Notes under the pieces: model-generated
The model's input: only the letters and a program-made list of their open reading frames with translations
The model's database searches: none
What the model was told of the DNA's origin: nothing
In this document: positions 1 through 10,501 of the stretch, in pieces
How the letters are laid out: the number at the start of each line of letters is the position of its first letter
How positions within the stretch are numbered: the stretch's first letter is position 1
DNA from: an uncultured Verrucomicrobiota bacterium
GTDB lineage: Bacteria; Verrucomicrobiota; Verrucomicrobiia; Limisphaerales; AAA164-E04
Assembly (NCBI GenBank): GCA_964342825.1
Contig: CAYFHO010000006.1
Location: forward strand, 62,267 to 126,266
Length of the DNA: 64,000 nucleotides
Reading direction: 5' to 3'
Position numbers and translations under genes: made by a program

Positions 1-855
1 GATGTCCCTTGGAACTGCAATGTCGATTAATAAGAGAGGACGAGACTGCCGCGGTCGAACCAGTCGTTCCACCCTGGCCCTGTCCAGGACATAAGTGGGG
101 GCGGAGGTGCTGCTGATGACAATGTCCAAATCTGTAAATTCAGCTTCCCACTCCTGAAAACGCACCGCTCGCCCCTTCAGGTTTTCAGCCAGAGCCAGAG
201 CACGGTCATGCGAGCGATTGGTCACGGCCACTTCGGAGGCACCCCGAGACAATAGGGATCTTGCGGTTTTCTCACTGGTGTCCCCTGCCCCAATCACCAT
301 GACTCGGCGCCCCTTGAGTCCGTCAAAAATTTTGTCCGCCAATTCAACGGCCACTGATCCTACCGAGGTACTGCCACGCTGAATACCTGTGTTGGACCGA
401 ATATGTTTGGAAACGTAAAAGGCTTTTTGAAATATCTTATTCAATTGGCGACCCGTGGACTTCATGGACTGCGCGGAATGATAGGCCTTTTTGAGTTGTC
501 CAAGGATTTCAGTCTCCCCCAGGACAAGGGAATCGAGTCCACTTGCTACCCGATATAAATGTTCAACACTCAATGGATCTGCAAAGCCATAAATCTCCTC
601 ATCCACCTGACCGTCATATTTCCTGTTTTTGATCAGGAATTGCTTCAACGCATGGAGTGCTTCCGTTGCGGGAAGTCGGGTCGCAGCGTAAAGTTCAACA
701 CGGTTGCAGGTCGAAAGCAGAACACTCTCCTGTACCAGCCCGCATTCCGTCAATTGACGCAAGGTCTCGTCCAACTCTGATTCCGCAAACGAGAATCGTT
801 CACGAAATTCCACGGATGAGGAGTGATGACTGATTCCTACGACAACGACAGCCAT
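1..855 (-). CDS. hemA: glutamyl-tRNA reductase, N-terminal ~285 aa (C-terminus runs off the window start)
   Basis: Absent from the ORF track because it is open at the window edge. My reverse-complement translation from the ATG at 855 reads MAVVVVGISHHSSSVEFRERF..LSTCNRVELY..LVLGETEILGQLKKAY..VMVIGAGDTSEKTARSL..LLIDIAVPRDI with no stop. These are the catalytic-Cys, GxGxxG and IDIAVPRD signatures of HemA. Confidence 0.9.
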   Translation of the reverse strand, partial: MAVVVVGISHHSSSVEFRERFSFAESELDETLRQLTECGLVQESVLLSTCNRVELYAATRLPATEALHALKQFLIKNRKYDGQVDEEIYGFADPLSVEHLYRVASGLDSLVLGETEILGQLKKAYHSAQSMKSTGRQLNKIFQKAFYVSKHIRSNTGIQRGSTSVGSVAVELADKIFDGLKGRRVMVIGAGDTSEKTARSLLSRGASEVAVTNRSHDRALALAENLKGRAVRFQEWEAEFTDLDIVISSTSAPTYVLDRARVERLVRPRQSRPLLLIDIAVPRDI

Positions 856-922
856 TAGACATTACCCTCCTCTCCAGGATCTACAAAGGCTCTCAGGTCC
901 ATATGCTGGGCTCCATTTCTCA

Positions 923-1735
923 TCAATGCAGATCCGACATGAGGTTGGTGCCGGAGAAGGTCAAAATTAAAAATACGAAACCCGAGATAAGGCACCAGGC
1001 CAAACCCTTGCCACCAAAACGCCATTTCCATCTGGCTAGAACGATTGTTGAATAAGCAGCCCAAACGAGCATCGACCAAAGAATCTTGGCATCCTTGTAA
1101 AAGACCACCCCTTCCTTGCCCTTGACCAGCAATGGAGCCAGCGAAAGACCAATCGTCAACAAAACAAGACTGCTCACCACGAGTTTCCCGGCCACACTTT
1201 CCAAACGCTGAATGGGAGGAAGAACCGAGAGAATGGCAGAAATTTTATGCTTTTTAAGATTACGTTCCTGCATCAAATACATGCAAGAGGCCACCGCACA
1301 AAGCCCGAAGCCAGCATAGCTGATCAAAATAAGGACGGCATGCAGGCTGACAAAACCGTTTTTGGTGATTTCCGCATCGGGATCATGATGATCCAATCCA
1401 GGCATGAGGGCATAAATGCCCAGAAACACAAAAATTGGAGAAGCAAACGCACCCAGGGACCTGATTTTTGGCCAAAGTCCTAGAATCAGATAGGCTCCCA
1501 CCGCTGCCCAGTTTACGAACATGGTGGCTTCGAACAGATTATTGACAGGACAACGGTTGAAGGAAAATCCCCTCATGAACATCGCGACGGTGTGCATCAT
1601 GAAACCTCCCAACAGGAGTACATAATTCACCCGATCGTCCTTGCGAAAACCCTTTCGCCACAAGAACACCGAATAGACAAGGCTCACTCCGTACATCAGA
1701 GTAGCGCAAAAAAACCATTGGCGATCCGTCAACAT
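923..1735 (-). CDS. cytochrome c assembly (CcsA/HemX-like) integral membrane protein
   Basis: 270 aa polytopic membrane protein. It sits 67 nt upstream of hemA on the same strand, the position HemX/CcsA-family proteins often take in hem operons. Confidence 0.7.
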   Translation of the reverse strand: MLTDRQWFFCATLMYGVSLVYSVFLWRKGFRKDDRVNYVLLLGGFMMHTVAMFMRGFSFNRCPVNNLFEATMFVNWAAVGAYLILGLWPKIRSLGAFASPIFVFLGIYALMPGLDHHDPDAEITKNGFVSLHAVLILISYAGFGLCAVASCMYLMQERNLKKHKISAILSVLPPIQRLESVAGKLVVSSLVLLTIGLSLAPLLVKGKEGVVFYKDAKILWSMLVWAAYSTIVLARWKWRFGGKGLAWCLISGFVFLILTFSGTNLMSDLH

Positions 1736-2022
1736 GAATCAATTGCACGGCATCATGGAGGATTAAAGATGAAATTGGCAAGTCAATGAGTACCGAGGAA
1801 AGAAAGGAAACTGCGAGTGCATGCAAGGTTACGCAAGGCCGACTGACACAAATACAACCTTTAACGCATTTATGACAAACACCTTATAATACAGATCCCC
1901 ATACACTTATCGAGACTCCTCTATGATGCAGTCCAATGCAAAAAATCAGAATGAACAGCTGAATCTAAGCGAGATGTTTGAAGTCGTTCCAATTATCTCC
2001 TGACACCCAGGTCATTCATTCA

Positions 2023-3069
2023 TCAAGAATGATGTCCTGTAGGGGAAGGTCCACCCAGGATGCGGACACGAACAGGTGAGTTTCCGTTAGCACCAAGCAC
2101 AAGTGAGTCGTCATTCTCCAAAAAAGACCGCTTAACATAGCCTAAACCCTGGACACCCCCGTCAGAGTCAGGCAATCGCGCTAAGCTGGTGACAAATCCG
2201 GCATCCTTCCCGTCGGCTGTTAGATCGGGAGTTTCACTTGTCAAATTTTTAGAATCAAAGGCAAGACGACACAGTGATTTGTTCACTTTACCCACTGTAC
2301 GAATACGAGAGATGACTTCCTGTCCAATATAGCAGCCCTTTCGAAAGCTGATGGTGGAATCTGTCAAACCCGTTTCCTGAACCAGATGATCAGGAGTCAT
2401 ATCAATTCCCATTTTAGGAATACCGGCAGAGATCCGAGCCATTTCAGAGGCTTCTTGACCAATCAAAGATCCGCCAAGACCATCAACGGCGCTATTCAGA
2501 TTGGAGTAGATAACATCATATATCGATACAGGAACGAATAAATCAAATCCAAGTGACCCAAACCTGGGGCGTCGACAGACATAAATGGATTCCTCGCCAT
2601 GGAGGGTTTCCTGAAAATGCCAGTTTTCCAATGGCAGGGATAATTCAGGAAACACCCCGATAAGAACCTTTTCACTTTCGGGTCCCTGCACGCTTAACAT
2701 CGAGTAGAATTCGGAAGGATCAATGAGGTCTACATCCTCGGACACCAAGTGATGTTCAAGTCTTTGAGTGATCGTCTCGGAATATCCTTTTTCAAAATCG
2801 AGCAGAATCTCGTCTTTCAAGATATAGACATTCAGGTCGGATTGAATTTTCCCCTTGGCATCCACCAGGGCTGCGAATGCCCCCTGCCCCTGGTTGAGAG
2901 ATTTGATATCCTGAGTGATTTGCCCGTGCAAAAAGGAGACGCGGTCCTCGCCAGTCAGACAAATTCGACCGCGCTCACTTGTTTCCAACAAACCGCAAGT
3001 GTTTTGAAGGTTGTGATATTCACGAATCGATTGCTCAGACGGTTCAAGTATCCAGTGCTTTGGTGGCAT
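2023..3069 (-). CDS. ygfZ: folate-binding protein YgfZ (GcvT-like aminomethyltransferase fold)
   Basis: 348 aa. Carries the C-terminal KGCYIGQE signature of YgfZ and N-terminal GcvT-like LTGEDRVSFLHGQITQDI. Confidence 0.8.
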   Translation of the reverse strand: MPPKHWILEPSEQSIREYHNLQNTCGLLETSERGRICLTGEDRVSFLHGQITQDIKSLNQGQGAFAALVDAKGKIQSDLNVYILKDEILLDFEKGYSETITQRLEHHLVSEDVDLIDPSEFYSMLSVQGPESEKVLIGVFPELSLPLENWHFQETLHGEESIYVCRRPRFGSLGFDLFVPVSIYDVIYSNLNSAVDGLGGSLIGQEASEMARISAGIPKMGIDMTPDHLVQETGLTDSTISFRKGCYIGQEVISRIRTVGKVNKSLCRLAFDSKNLTSETPDLTADGKDAGFVTSLARLPDSDGGVQGLGYVKRSFLENDDSLVLGANGNSPVRVRILGGPSPTGHHS

Positions 3070-3154
3070 AGTTTTAGGAAATCAATATTTTTTAAGGCTC
3101 AAAAAATCAAGAACGTGGTAATCGGGGTAGCTCTGTAAAAATGTAAAAAGAAAG

Positions 3155-3694
3155 TTATTGGTGTTCTGGTGCATCGAGATATCTCGCCTCCAACCAAAGC
3201 CAATCACTGAGTCGGTTGAGATAGATGATGATGGAACTGTTGTGAAGGGGTTCGAGAGTATTTAGACCACACACTTTTCTTTCAGCACGACGACATACGA
3301 CCCGTGCCCAGTCTGCCAGGGAACCCGATTCAGATCCACCAGGCAAACACCAGTCATTAAAGGGCCCAAGCAGAGATTCCAGTTCTTGTATACGAACCTC
3401 GATTTCGGCAATTTGATCACCGGTAATCCTGCCATAGCCTCCTTTCTCATACTTTGCTACGGATTCACTTGGGGTGGAAATCTCTCCCATCAAACCGACT
3501 AAATGCCTTTGAATCGTCAGAACCCATTCCTTCAGCTTTTCTGGGGTTTTGTGATGACCGCGAAGAAGCCCCAAGGCAGCACTGAACTCGTCCACGGCCC
3601 CATACGCGTCAACACGAGGATCATGCTTGGTCACCTCATGATTGAACATCAGTCGGGTGTTCCCCGCATCACCTGTCTTTGTAACAATACTCAT
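3155..3694 (-). CDS. PduO-type ATP:cob(I)alamin adenosyltransferase
   Basis: 179 aa. N-terminal TKTGDAGNT motif followed by RVDAYGAVDE, typical of the PduO/MMAB family. Confidence 0.85.
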   Translation of the reverse strand: MSIVTKTGDAGNTRLMFNHEVTKHDPRVDAYGAVDEFSAALGLLRGHHKTPEKLKEWVLTIQRHLVGLMGEISTPSESVAKYEKGGYGRITGDQIAEIEVRIQELESLLGPFNDWCLPGGSESGSLADWARVVCRRAERKVCGLNTLEPLHNSSIIIYLNRLSDWLWLEARYLDAPEHQ

Positions 3695-3811
3695 GAAGCC
3701 CCCAAGCTACCGCATGAAAGCCTTACTGCAAGGGCTTGTCCTCAAAAACATTCAATACAGAGGTTCATTTCATGCTATGGTCAGAAGTGTGAACCTCAAT
3801 GTGAATGCCAC

Positions 3812-5818
3812 TTACTGGGTGAACTGAATCACCAAATCGTCACCGAGAATGGAAACATCCTCCACGGAAAAGGTATTCACCAGCCCGGTTGGAACATTGA
3901 TCTTGAAAAACTGCATGTCTTCGGCAGCTGGAACGGTGATTCTTCCATCTTCTATCACAGCACCTGAAACAGGTTCGTAAACGCCGTCTAAGGTGGAAGA
4001 GGCAGTCAGACTGATGGCGGCTTGCGGCGCCTCATCGTCGATAGCTGGTGTCAACAAGATGTAATTCAGAGCCGTGGTGTCATTGACACGATTTTCACGT
4101 TCACTCCCGATGGTCAATCTTAAGGTACGTGTTCCTTCAAGCGAAAGTTTTACACGGTTTCCGTCACCATCTCTCAGTGCGACAAATCGGTAATTAAATT
4201 TCATTCCCATGTTGGGAAGCGTAAAAGTCCCGAGGCGCTGGGTCGTTTGATCGGGATTAGAGGGCTCACTGGTAACTTCGTCCAGGTAGATTTCCTGGGT
4301 CGCTCGGCCTGCGGCTCTCAAGTAAACATTGTATTCCCCGGCAGGAAAGTCTCGTGTGTAATTCATCCATTCACCACCTTCGGTGTCTGTCACCTGATAT
4401 TCAGGCAACTCGAGATCAGAATAGATGCTGCGGATCACATCGTTCACTGCTGGATCGGGTCCACTGAACTCTTCAGCACTACCTGTTTCAGAGGATCCCG
4501 CTTGGGTCCTGACAGGATCAAAAGCTCGAAATGCGGCCACATCTTCAGGACCAGGGCTGGATTCGTAATCAAAGAAATCAACCTCAGGAATACCGGATTG
4601 ATCCAAATAACCATTCTCGGCATTCACCACCTGCCCCGACTCCCTGACGCCTGAAGGATCCGGCTTGTTGATGAAATTCCCACCATCAAAATTATAATCC
4701 TCAACCTCGATCACAAAAGTTTCCTCGGAGGTCAAAAAGGCCTGATCAAATGTATCGAAAGTCCATTGAGTTTCAGCCACAAAGGCATTGCCGGGTAATC
4801 GTATCATGGCGTCATAGACTCTGTTGGATTCCAAACCTTCATAATTGCCAATGACCGTTTGATTCTCAACCTGCAGGGAAACCTGACCAGTCACATCCAC
4901 ACCATTTAAAGTCAACTGGACTTCTGGAGCTTCAGTCGCTCCATCCGGAAGCACGATGGTAAACTGTAAACCATCCTGAGCGGCCTGATATGCAGCCCGA
5001 TTGGCAGGAGACAAGACTGCCACATAAGGTTGTCCGGCAAACCCATACCAGGCGGATGAACCCGGAGAAACTGGTTTTTCAGGAGCCGAGTAAAAGTGGT
5101 CAAAAGTCGTATCGGCAATACCGAGGTCAGGATCTGTCTGATCACCTCCACGGTAGAAATTAAAGAGTCCTATCTTACCATTTGAGTAGAGGTCATTCAC
5201 TCCTGAATAGGTGACAATAGGGGAAGTTAAGTCCAGATGATCGTAAACCCATCCTCGAAAAGTTTCTCCTTCGGCAGTCATGACAATTCGATAATCGTGA
5301 CCGGGCTCAAAGCTGATGTCGGCTGCTCCAATAGTTCCCTGATCAGCTTCACCAGTGACAATGTTGAATTGGATCTGACCCCGCGCTCCAGAGGCTTGTT
5401 GTGGATCGTAGTTCATCACGTAGCCGGTCGTTTGTCCAAGCCCGATATTATCTGCACGAAACAGAAGACCGAAAGCCTGGTTCACTTCATTGTTCCAGTC
5501 CATCACATCGACGGCGGCATAGAAATCCGAATAAACCTGCGGAAGGCTGCTGAAACTCCTGGCAGGCCCGGCAGCATCCACGGCAGGTGCGGGACTTTGC
5601 AACCGGTACCCCAGATTTCCTTCCGAAATTTGGGGAAAGGTAAAAATCGAACTCGCGCCTACAACGTCCAGTGGACTGAAGCGATCCCACCCCTCGTCGT
5701 TGCCATCATCAAACGTATCTTGCTGAATCTGAGCATGGGCAAAGAGGGGAATTAAAATGGAGATCAATGCAGGAAAGAGAAATGAAACCGGTCCAGGGGC
5801 ATTTGTTTTGGATTTCAT
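3812..5818 (-). CDS. secreted protein with N-terminal jelly-roll (LamG/DUF1080-like) region and CBM-like module
   Basis: 668 aa with signal peptide (..LIPLFAHAQ). Contains DTFDDGNDEGW and VEDYNFDGG..GEYNVYLRAAG segments resembling carbohydrate-binding jelly-rolls. The exact family is not recognised. Confidence 0.65.
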   Translation of the reverse strand: MKSKTNAPGPVSFLFPALISILIPLFAHAQIQQDTFDDGNDEGWDRFSPLDVVGASSIFTFPQISEGNLGYRLQSPAPAVDAAGPARSFSSLPQVYSDFYAAVDVMDWNNEVNQAFGLLFRADNIGLGQTTGYVMNYDPQQASGARGQIQFNIVTGEADQGTIGAADISFEPGHDYRIVMTAEGETFRGWVYDHLDLTSPIVTYSGVNDLYSNGKIGLFNFYRGGDQTDPDLGIADTTFDHFYSAPEKPVSPGSSAWYGFAGQPYVAVLSPANRAAYQAAQDGLQFTIVLPDGATEAPEVQLTLNGVDVTGQVSLQVENQTVIGNYEGLESNRVYDAMIRLPGNAFVAETQWTFDTFDQAFLTSEETFVIEVEDYNFDGGNFINKPDPSGVRESGQVVNAENGYLDQSGIPEVDFFDYESSPGPEDVAAFRAFDPVRTQAGSSETGSAEEFSGPDPAVNDVIRSIYSDLELPEYQVTDTEGGEWMNYTRDFPAGEYNVYLRAAGRATQEIYLDEVTSEPSNPDQTTQRLGTFTLPNMGMKFNYRFVALRDGDGNRVKLSLEGTRTLRLTIGSERENRVNDTTALNYILLTPAIDDEAPQAAISLTASSTLDGVYEPVSGAVIEDGRITVPAAEDMQFFKINVPTGLVNTFSVEDVSILGDDLVIQFTQ

Positions 5819-5976
5819 AAAGATAGATAACTAAACAATTCCAACTGAATACTCAATCCTTATTCAAAGAGAAATCATGCTTTTTCAGAGACCAATTTAT
5901 TGAAACACGACAATTCACTGCGTGATTTAGGTTTTTGCGTTGGCATTCACAACAAGCTGCCGGTAAATTGGCTGTT

Positions 5977-7362
5977 ATGACAAAAGCATGTATCCAATAC
6001 TTGAAGGATCATCACGACGATTTCCTGGATCAACTCAAAGATTACCTGACCATCCCCAGCGTTTCGGCGCAATCAGACCATGTCGGCGACATCCAGCGAT
6101 GTGCCGACTGGTTGGTTGAACACTGCAAAACCATCGGTCTCAAAACTCGCAAGGTCAAAACGTCCGGCAATCCAGTGGTGATTGCTAAAACGCCGCGAAA
6201 GAGCAGATCAAACAAACCTCATTTCATGGTCTATGGTCATTACGATGTTCAGCCTCCTGATCCTTTGAACCTTTGGACGACTTCCCCTTTTGAGCCCCAC
6301 ATCGATGGAGACAAACTGATAGCTCGCGGCTCCACAGACAACAAAGGACAACATTTTGTCCACCTCAAGGCTGTAGAATCTTATCTCAAGACGAATACCG
6401 AATTACCTTGTGACATCACCTTCATGATCGAAGGTGAAGAAGAAATCGGGAGTCCCTCATTACCGCCTGCTTTGGAAAAGTTGAAATCAGATCTGGATGT
6501 GGATGCCATCGTGGTTTCCGACAATGGTATGCCCGACCTCAAACATCCAGCGTTAACTTATGGATTAAGAGGAGTGGCCGCATGTGAGGTTCGTCTGATC
6601 GGACCCAACCGCGATCTGCATTCCGGAATTTACGGAGGAGCCGTGGACAATCCGGCCATGGTTTTATGTCAGATGCTGGCACAGCTCAGGGATCGACAAG
6701 GGCGAGTTGCGATTCCTGGTTTTTATGACGATGTTGCGCCTCTCGGTAAACTTGAAAGAGAACAGAGCAAACGTTTTCCTCACAAGGACTCCAAACTGGC
6801 GCGCGATTTGGGAGTTCGTGAACTTTTTGGTGAGCAAAACTTCAACACGGTCGAAAGACGTTCCGGTCGTCCCACTCTGGAAATCAACGGCCTGACTTCC
6901 GGGTATCAGGGAGAGGGAAGCAAAACCATTATTCCAAGCGAGGCTTCTGCAAAAATAACCTGCCGCCTCGTGCCGAATCAAAAGCCAGCAAAAATCCTCA
7001 GGCTACTGGAACGACAACTTAAACGACTTTGCCCTAAAAGTGTTAAACTGATATTTGAGAAAGGTCACTGCGGCACCGCCTACATCACGGCTCCTGACGG
7101 CCCCTACGTTTCAGCTGGTTTAAGCGCACTGGAGGAAGCGTTTCGCAGACCACCTGTCTTGATGAGGGAAGGAGGATCCATTCCAATCGTAACTGATTTC
7201 AAACAAATCCTCAAAGCAGACACCCTGCTGTTAGGGCTCGGGCTTCCAGATGACAATGCGCATTCACCCAACGAAAAGATGAGTTTGACAGCTTTCCGAA
7301 AAGGAATGCATATGAGTGCCATCTTGTGGGAAAAACTGGCAAAGGCTGCCCATACAAATTGA
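5977..7362 (+). CDS. M20 family metallopeptidase (dipeptidase/DapE-ArgE type)
   Basis: Motifs YGHYDVQPPDP, RGSTDNKGQ and IEGEEEIGS. Start moved to the ATG at 5977 (MTKACIQYL), since the track ORF begins at an upstream TTG. Confidence 0.85.
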   Translation: MTKACIQYLKDHHDDFLDQLKDYLTIPSVSAQSDHVGDIQRCADWLVEHCKTIGLKTRKVKTSGNPVVIAKTPRKSRSNKPHFMVYGHYDVQPPDPLNLWTTSPFEPHIDGDKLIARGSTDNKGQHFVHLKAVESYLKTNTELPCDITFMIEGEEEIGSPSLPPALEKLKSDLDVDAIVVSDNGMPDLKHPALTYGLRGVAACEVRLIGPNRDLHSGIYGGAVDNPAMVLCQMLAQLRDRQGRVAIPGFYDDVAPLGKLEREQSKRFPHKDSKLARDLGVRELFGEQNFNTVERRSGRPTLEINGLTSGYQGEGSKTIIPSEASAKITCRLVPNQKPAKILRLLERQLKRLCPKSVKLIFEKGHCGTAYITAPDGPYVSAGLSALEEAFRRPPVLMREGGSIPIVTDFKQILKADTLLLGLGLPDDNAHSPNEKMSLTAFRKGMHMSAILWEKLAKAAHTN

Positions 7363-7411
7363 CCTCAAGACTTACCATTCATTGTCTCGGGCATTCAAAG
7401 ATCCAGGATTC

Positions 7412-8149
7412 ATGAGCAGCAAATTATTGGTGCACGAAATCTATCTGAGCATTCAAGGTGAAAGTACCTTCGCGGGTCTTCCATGCATCTTTGTCCGATT
7501 GACGGGATGTGACTTGAGGTGTTCTTACTGTGATACGGCCTACGCATTCCAGGGAGGTAAATCGATGGATCTTAACGAGATCATTGATGCCATCAATGAT
7601 CTCGCAAAACCTTACGTGGGCAAGACCATCAATCAGCAAACTCTTCCTATCATTGAACTGACCGGTGGTGAGCCCCTCCTGCAGAAGAAATGTCCCGAAC
7701 TCATGTCCAGGCTATGTGATGAGGGTTACACGGTTCTGATCGAAACGAGCGGAGCCCACCCTATTGAGCAGCTTGACTCTCGCATCCATAGAATTATGGA
7801 TATGAAGTGTCCAAGCAGCGGCGAATCACAAAGAATGCTGTGGGAAAACATCCAGCACCTTCGGCCGAGCGACGAAATCAAGTGCGTGATCGCAACTCAT
7901 GAGGATTATGAGTGGTGCAAACAACAGATAATCGAAAGGGATCTGGCTGAAAAATGTGAGGTCTTGATTTCCTGGTGCGCACCCTTGACCCATTCCCAAA
8001 TGCATCCGAGTTTGAATCCGGGACCGCCTGAAGAAGCATCCATTTCCAGACAGGATTTAATCGAGCGCATGATCGAAGATTCCCTTCCTGCACGCTTCCA
8101 GGCACAACTCCACAAGATCGTCTGGCCCGCAGATGCAGTGGGTGTGTAA
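7412..8149 (+). CDS. queE: 7-carboxy-7-deazaguanine synthase (radical SAM)
   Basis: Reads LLVHEIYLSIQGESTFAGLPCIFVRLTGCDLRCSYCDT with a CxxxCxxC cluster. Start set at the ATG at 7412; the longer track ORF overlaps the M20 gene. Confidence 0.85.
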   Translation: MSSKLLVHEIYLSIQGESTFAGLPCIFVRLTGCDLRCSYCDTAYAFQGGKSMDLNEIIDAINDLAKPYVGKTINQQTLPIIELTGGEPLLQKKCPELMSRLCDEGYTVLIETSGAHPIEQLDSRIHRIMDMKCPSSGESQRMLWENIQHLRPSDEIKCVIATHEDYEWCKQQIIERDLAEKCEVLISWCAPLTHSQMHPSLNPGPPEEASISRQDLIERMIEDSLPARFQAQLHKIVWPADAVGV

Positions 8150-8157
8150 TCCGCAAT

Positions 8158-9498
8158 GTGAAAAAAGAAAACCATATCAAGAATTCCAGAACCATCCTCA
8201 AGCGCCTGGAGGATTACGAATCACAAAATGTCACCTTCATGGCAAAGGATCATACCTGGCCCATTGTCTGGGAAAAAGCCAGGGGAATGTATGTGCGCGA
8301 TGTGGAAGGCAAACGTTACCTCGACCTGACTGCGGCTTTTGGAGTCGCAGCGTGCGGACATGCCCCGAGGGAAATTGTTCAGGCGGGAAGCAAACAATTG
8401 AAAAAACTCCTTCATGCCATGGGTGACGTTCATCCACATGAAGGAAAAGCGAACCTGGCAAAAGAACTCAGTCGTTGGACCTTTGAGCGGTGGTCCAAAA
8501 AATCGAACTCATCTCCATCCCTTCGCCTCAAAGGAAAATCCATCCTCTGCAATTCAGGGTTCGAAGCCGTCGAAGCTGCCTTAAAGACAGCCCATCTCGC
8601 GACAAGAAAAACGGAAGTCATAGCATTCAAGAGTGCCTACCACGGTTTGGGTTATGGTTCTCTCTCGGTCACTCACCGAGACCATTTTAAAGGGAATTTT
8701 TTGAGCCAACTCAAATCATTTGGCCAATTCGTAACTTTCCCAACGGAAAAACAACAGTTGAATTCTGTGTTGTCGGATATCCAAAAAAGATTGAAGAGCG
8801 GATTGGTTGGAGCTGTGCTTTTGGAACCCATACAATCGAGAGCTGGTGAACGTATTCCTCCGAAAGGTTTTCTCACAGAATTACGGAAGCTTTGCGACAC
8901 TCATTCTGTTTGCCTGATTGCTGATGAAATTTATACCGGATTTGGAAGGACCGGGGACTGGTTTGCGTGCGAGCATGAGAAGGTCATCCCCGACCTGATC
9001 TGTGTAGGAAAGGCGCTGACAGGTGGATTTCCCATGTCTGCCTGTATTGGCCGTTCTGAATTAATGGATGAAGCGTGGCCGAAATCTCAGGGAGAAGCGA
9101 TCCACACCAGCACTTACCTTGGACATCCTGTGGGTTGTGCCATGGCCTTGGCCCAACTGAAACTGCTTAAAGAAATGAACCTGGCAATCATCGCCAAATC
9201 GTCGGGTAAATTCTGGAAAAACCAATTAAAAACAGCCCTGAAGCCATGGGGAGAAAGAGTTCGGATTCGAGGACGAGGCTTGATGATCGGCATCGAAATC
9301 GTGAGCGAAAAAACTCTCCCCTCCGAAGTGGTCGTAGCATGGGCAACACAACTTTTGCAGGAAGGCATCATTGTCTTACCAACAGGTGATCAAAGCGAAG
9401 TCCTGGGCCTATCCCCTCCATTGATCATATCCCAGAAACAGATGAAACATGCCACCAGATTATTGGCAAAGACATTGCATCAGGTATTTCCGAAATGA
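8158..9498 (+). CDS. class-III (acetylornithine/GABA-type) PLP aminotransferase
   Basis: DEIYTGFGRTGDWFACEH and the VGKALTGGFPMSA Schiff-base lysine region. GTG start at 8158, with an alternative ATG at 8239. 4-nt overlap with rsmA. Confidence 0.85.
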   Translation: MKKENHIKNSRTILKRLEDYESQNVTFMAKDHTWPIVWEKARGMYVRDVEGKRYLDLTAAFGVAACGHAPREIVQAGSKQLKKLLHAMGDVHPHEGKANLAKELSRWTFERWSKKSNSSPSLRLKGKSILCNSGFEAVEAALKTAHLATRKTEVIAFKSAYHGLGYGSLSVTHRDHFKGNFLSQLKSFGQFVTFPTEKQQLNSVLSDIQKRLKSGLVGAVLLEPIQSRAGERIPPKGFLTELRKLCDTHSVCLIADEIYTGFGRTGDWFACEHEKVIPDLICVGKALTGGFPMSACIGRSELMDEAWPKSQGEAIHTSTYLGHPVGCAMALAQLKLLKEMNLAIIAKSSGKFWKNQLKTALKPWGERVRIRGRGLMIGIEIVSEKTLPSEVVVAWATQLLQEGIIVLPTGDQSEVLGLSPPLIISQKQMKHATRLLAKTLHQVFPK

Positions 9499-10319
9499 CG
9501 CTCACTGAAATCAAACAATTATTGTTGGAGCGCGACATTCGCCTGACCAAATCCCTTGGCCAAAATTTTCTGCATGATCAAAACCAGATTCGGCGCATCG
9601 CAGACGCCGCACAAATACAAGCCAGTGAAAAGATACTGGAAATTGGCCCCGGCCTCGGCCCATTAACGCGTGAATTATTGAATCGAAAAGCTAAGGTCCG
9701 CGCCCTGGAAATAGATCAAAGACTCGTCAATGCCCTGGGTGTTTTATTCGAAAACGAATCCAACCTTTCGGTCGAGCATGTCGACGCCCTGGCCTTATTG
9801 AAAAAGGATCAAACGGATTGGAGTGAATGGAAACTCGCCGCCAACCTCCCCTACTCCGTGGCATCGCCCATATTGGTGGAACTCGCGCTGGCTGAGCATC
9901 CCCCAAAGAGAATGACTGCGACTCTCCAAAGCGAAGTCGTTGACCGGATCACTTCACAACATAACACCAAAACTTACGGAGTGCTTACCCTGCTGCTCCA
10001 GGTCAATTTTGAAACGGTCGAAAAATTCCGAATACCACCCACGTGTTTTTTCCCTGAACCAGACGTCGAATCATCCTGTGTTACGCTGAAATTGCGCGAC
10101 AAAAAATTACTCACTCGGGAAGCATTGGCAACTTATGTGACTCTTGTAAAACTGGCTTTTTCACAGCGCCGAAAAGTGGTTTGGAAATTACTGAAACAAC
10201 GTTGGAAACCTGAACAATTGGAACAGGCCCAAAAGCACCTTGATCTGAACCCCATGGTTCGAGCTCAGGCAGTTACTTTCGAGCAATTCGTTTCATTGGC
10301 GAATTTTCTACACAGTTGA
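9495..10319 (+). CDS. rsmA: 16S rRNA (adenine1518/1519-N6)-dimethyltransferase
   Basis: LGQNFLHDQNQIRRI and the ILEIGPGLGPLT SAM motif. Confidence 0.9.
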   Translation: MTLTEIKQLLLERDIRLTKSLGQNFLHDQNQIRRIADAAQIQASEKILEIGPGLGPLTRELLNRKAKVRALEIDQRLVNALGVLFENESNLSVEHVDALALLKKDQTDWSEWKLAANLPYSVASPILVELALAEHPPKRMTATLQSEVVDRITSQHNTKTYGVLTLLLQVNFETVEKFRIPPTCFFPEPDVESSCVTLKLRDKKLLTREALATYVTLVKLAFSQRRKVVWKLLKQRWKPEQLEQAQKHLDLNPMVRAQAVTFEQFVSLANFLHS

Positions 10320-10501
10320 AAGCTCCCTGAAACAACCCAAGTGATGCATAAAAAGCAGAACTCACAACAGAATCTGGTGTAGACATCGGAGTTGATACCT
10401 CCGATACTAGGCCCATCCAGAATTTCCCCTCAATAATAAATGCCCGGGTATCAATCCTACCTGGTGTCGGAGGGTTAATTAAATCGTAACAACACACTAT
10501 C

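Noticed and set aside
7363-7411. preQ1 riboswitch upstream of queE.
   Set aside because: The spacer is only 49 nt and has no preQ1-I-like stem plus A-rich tail consensus.
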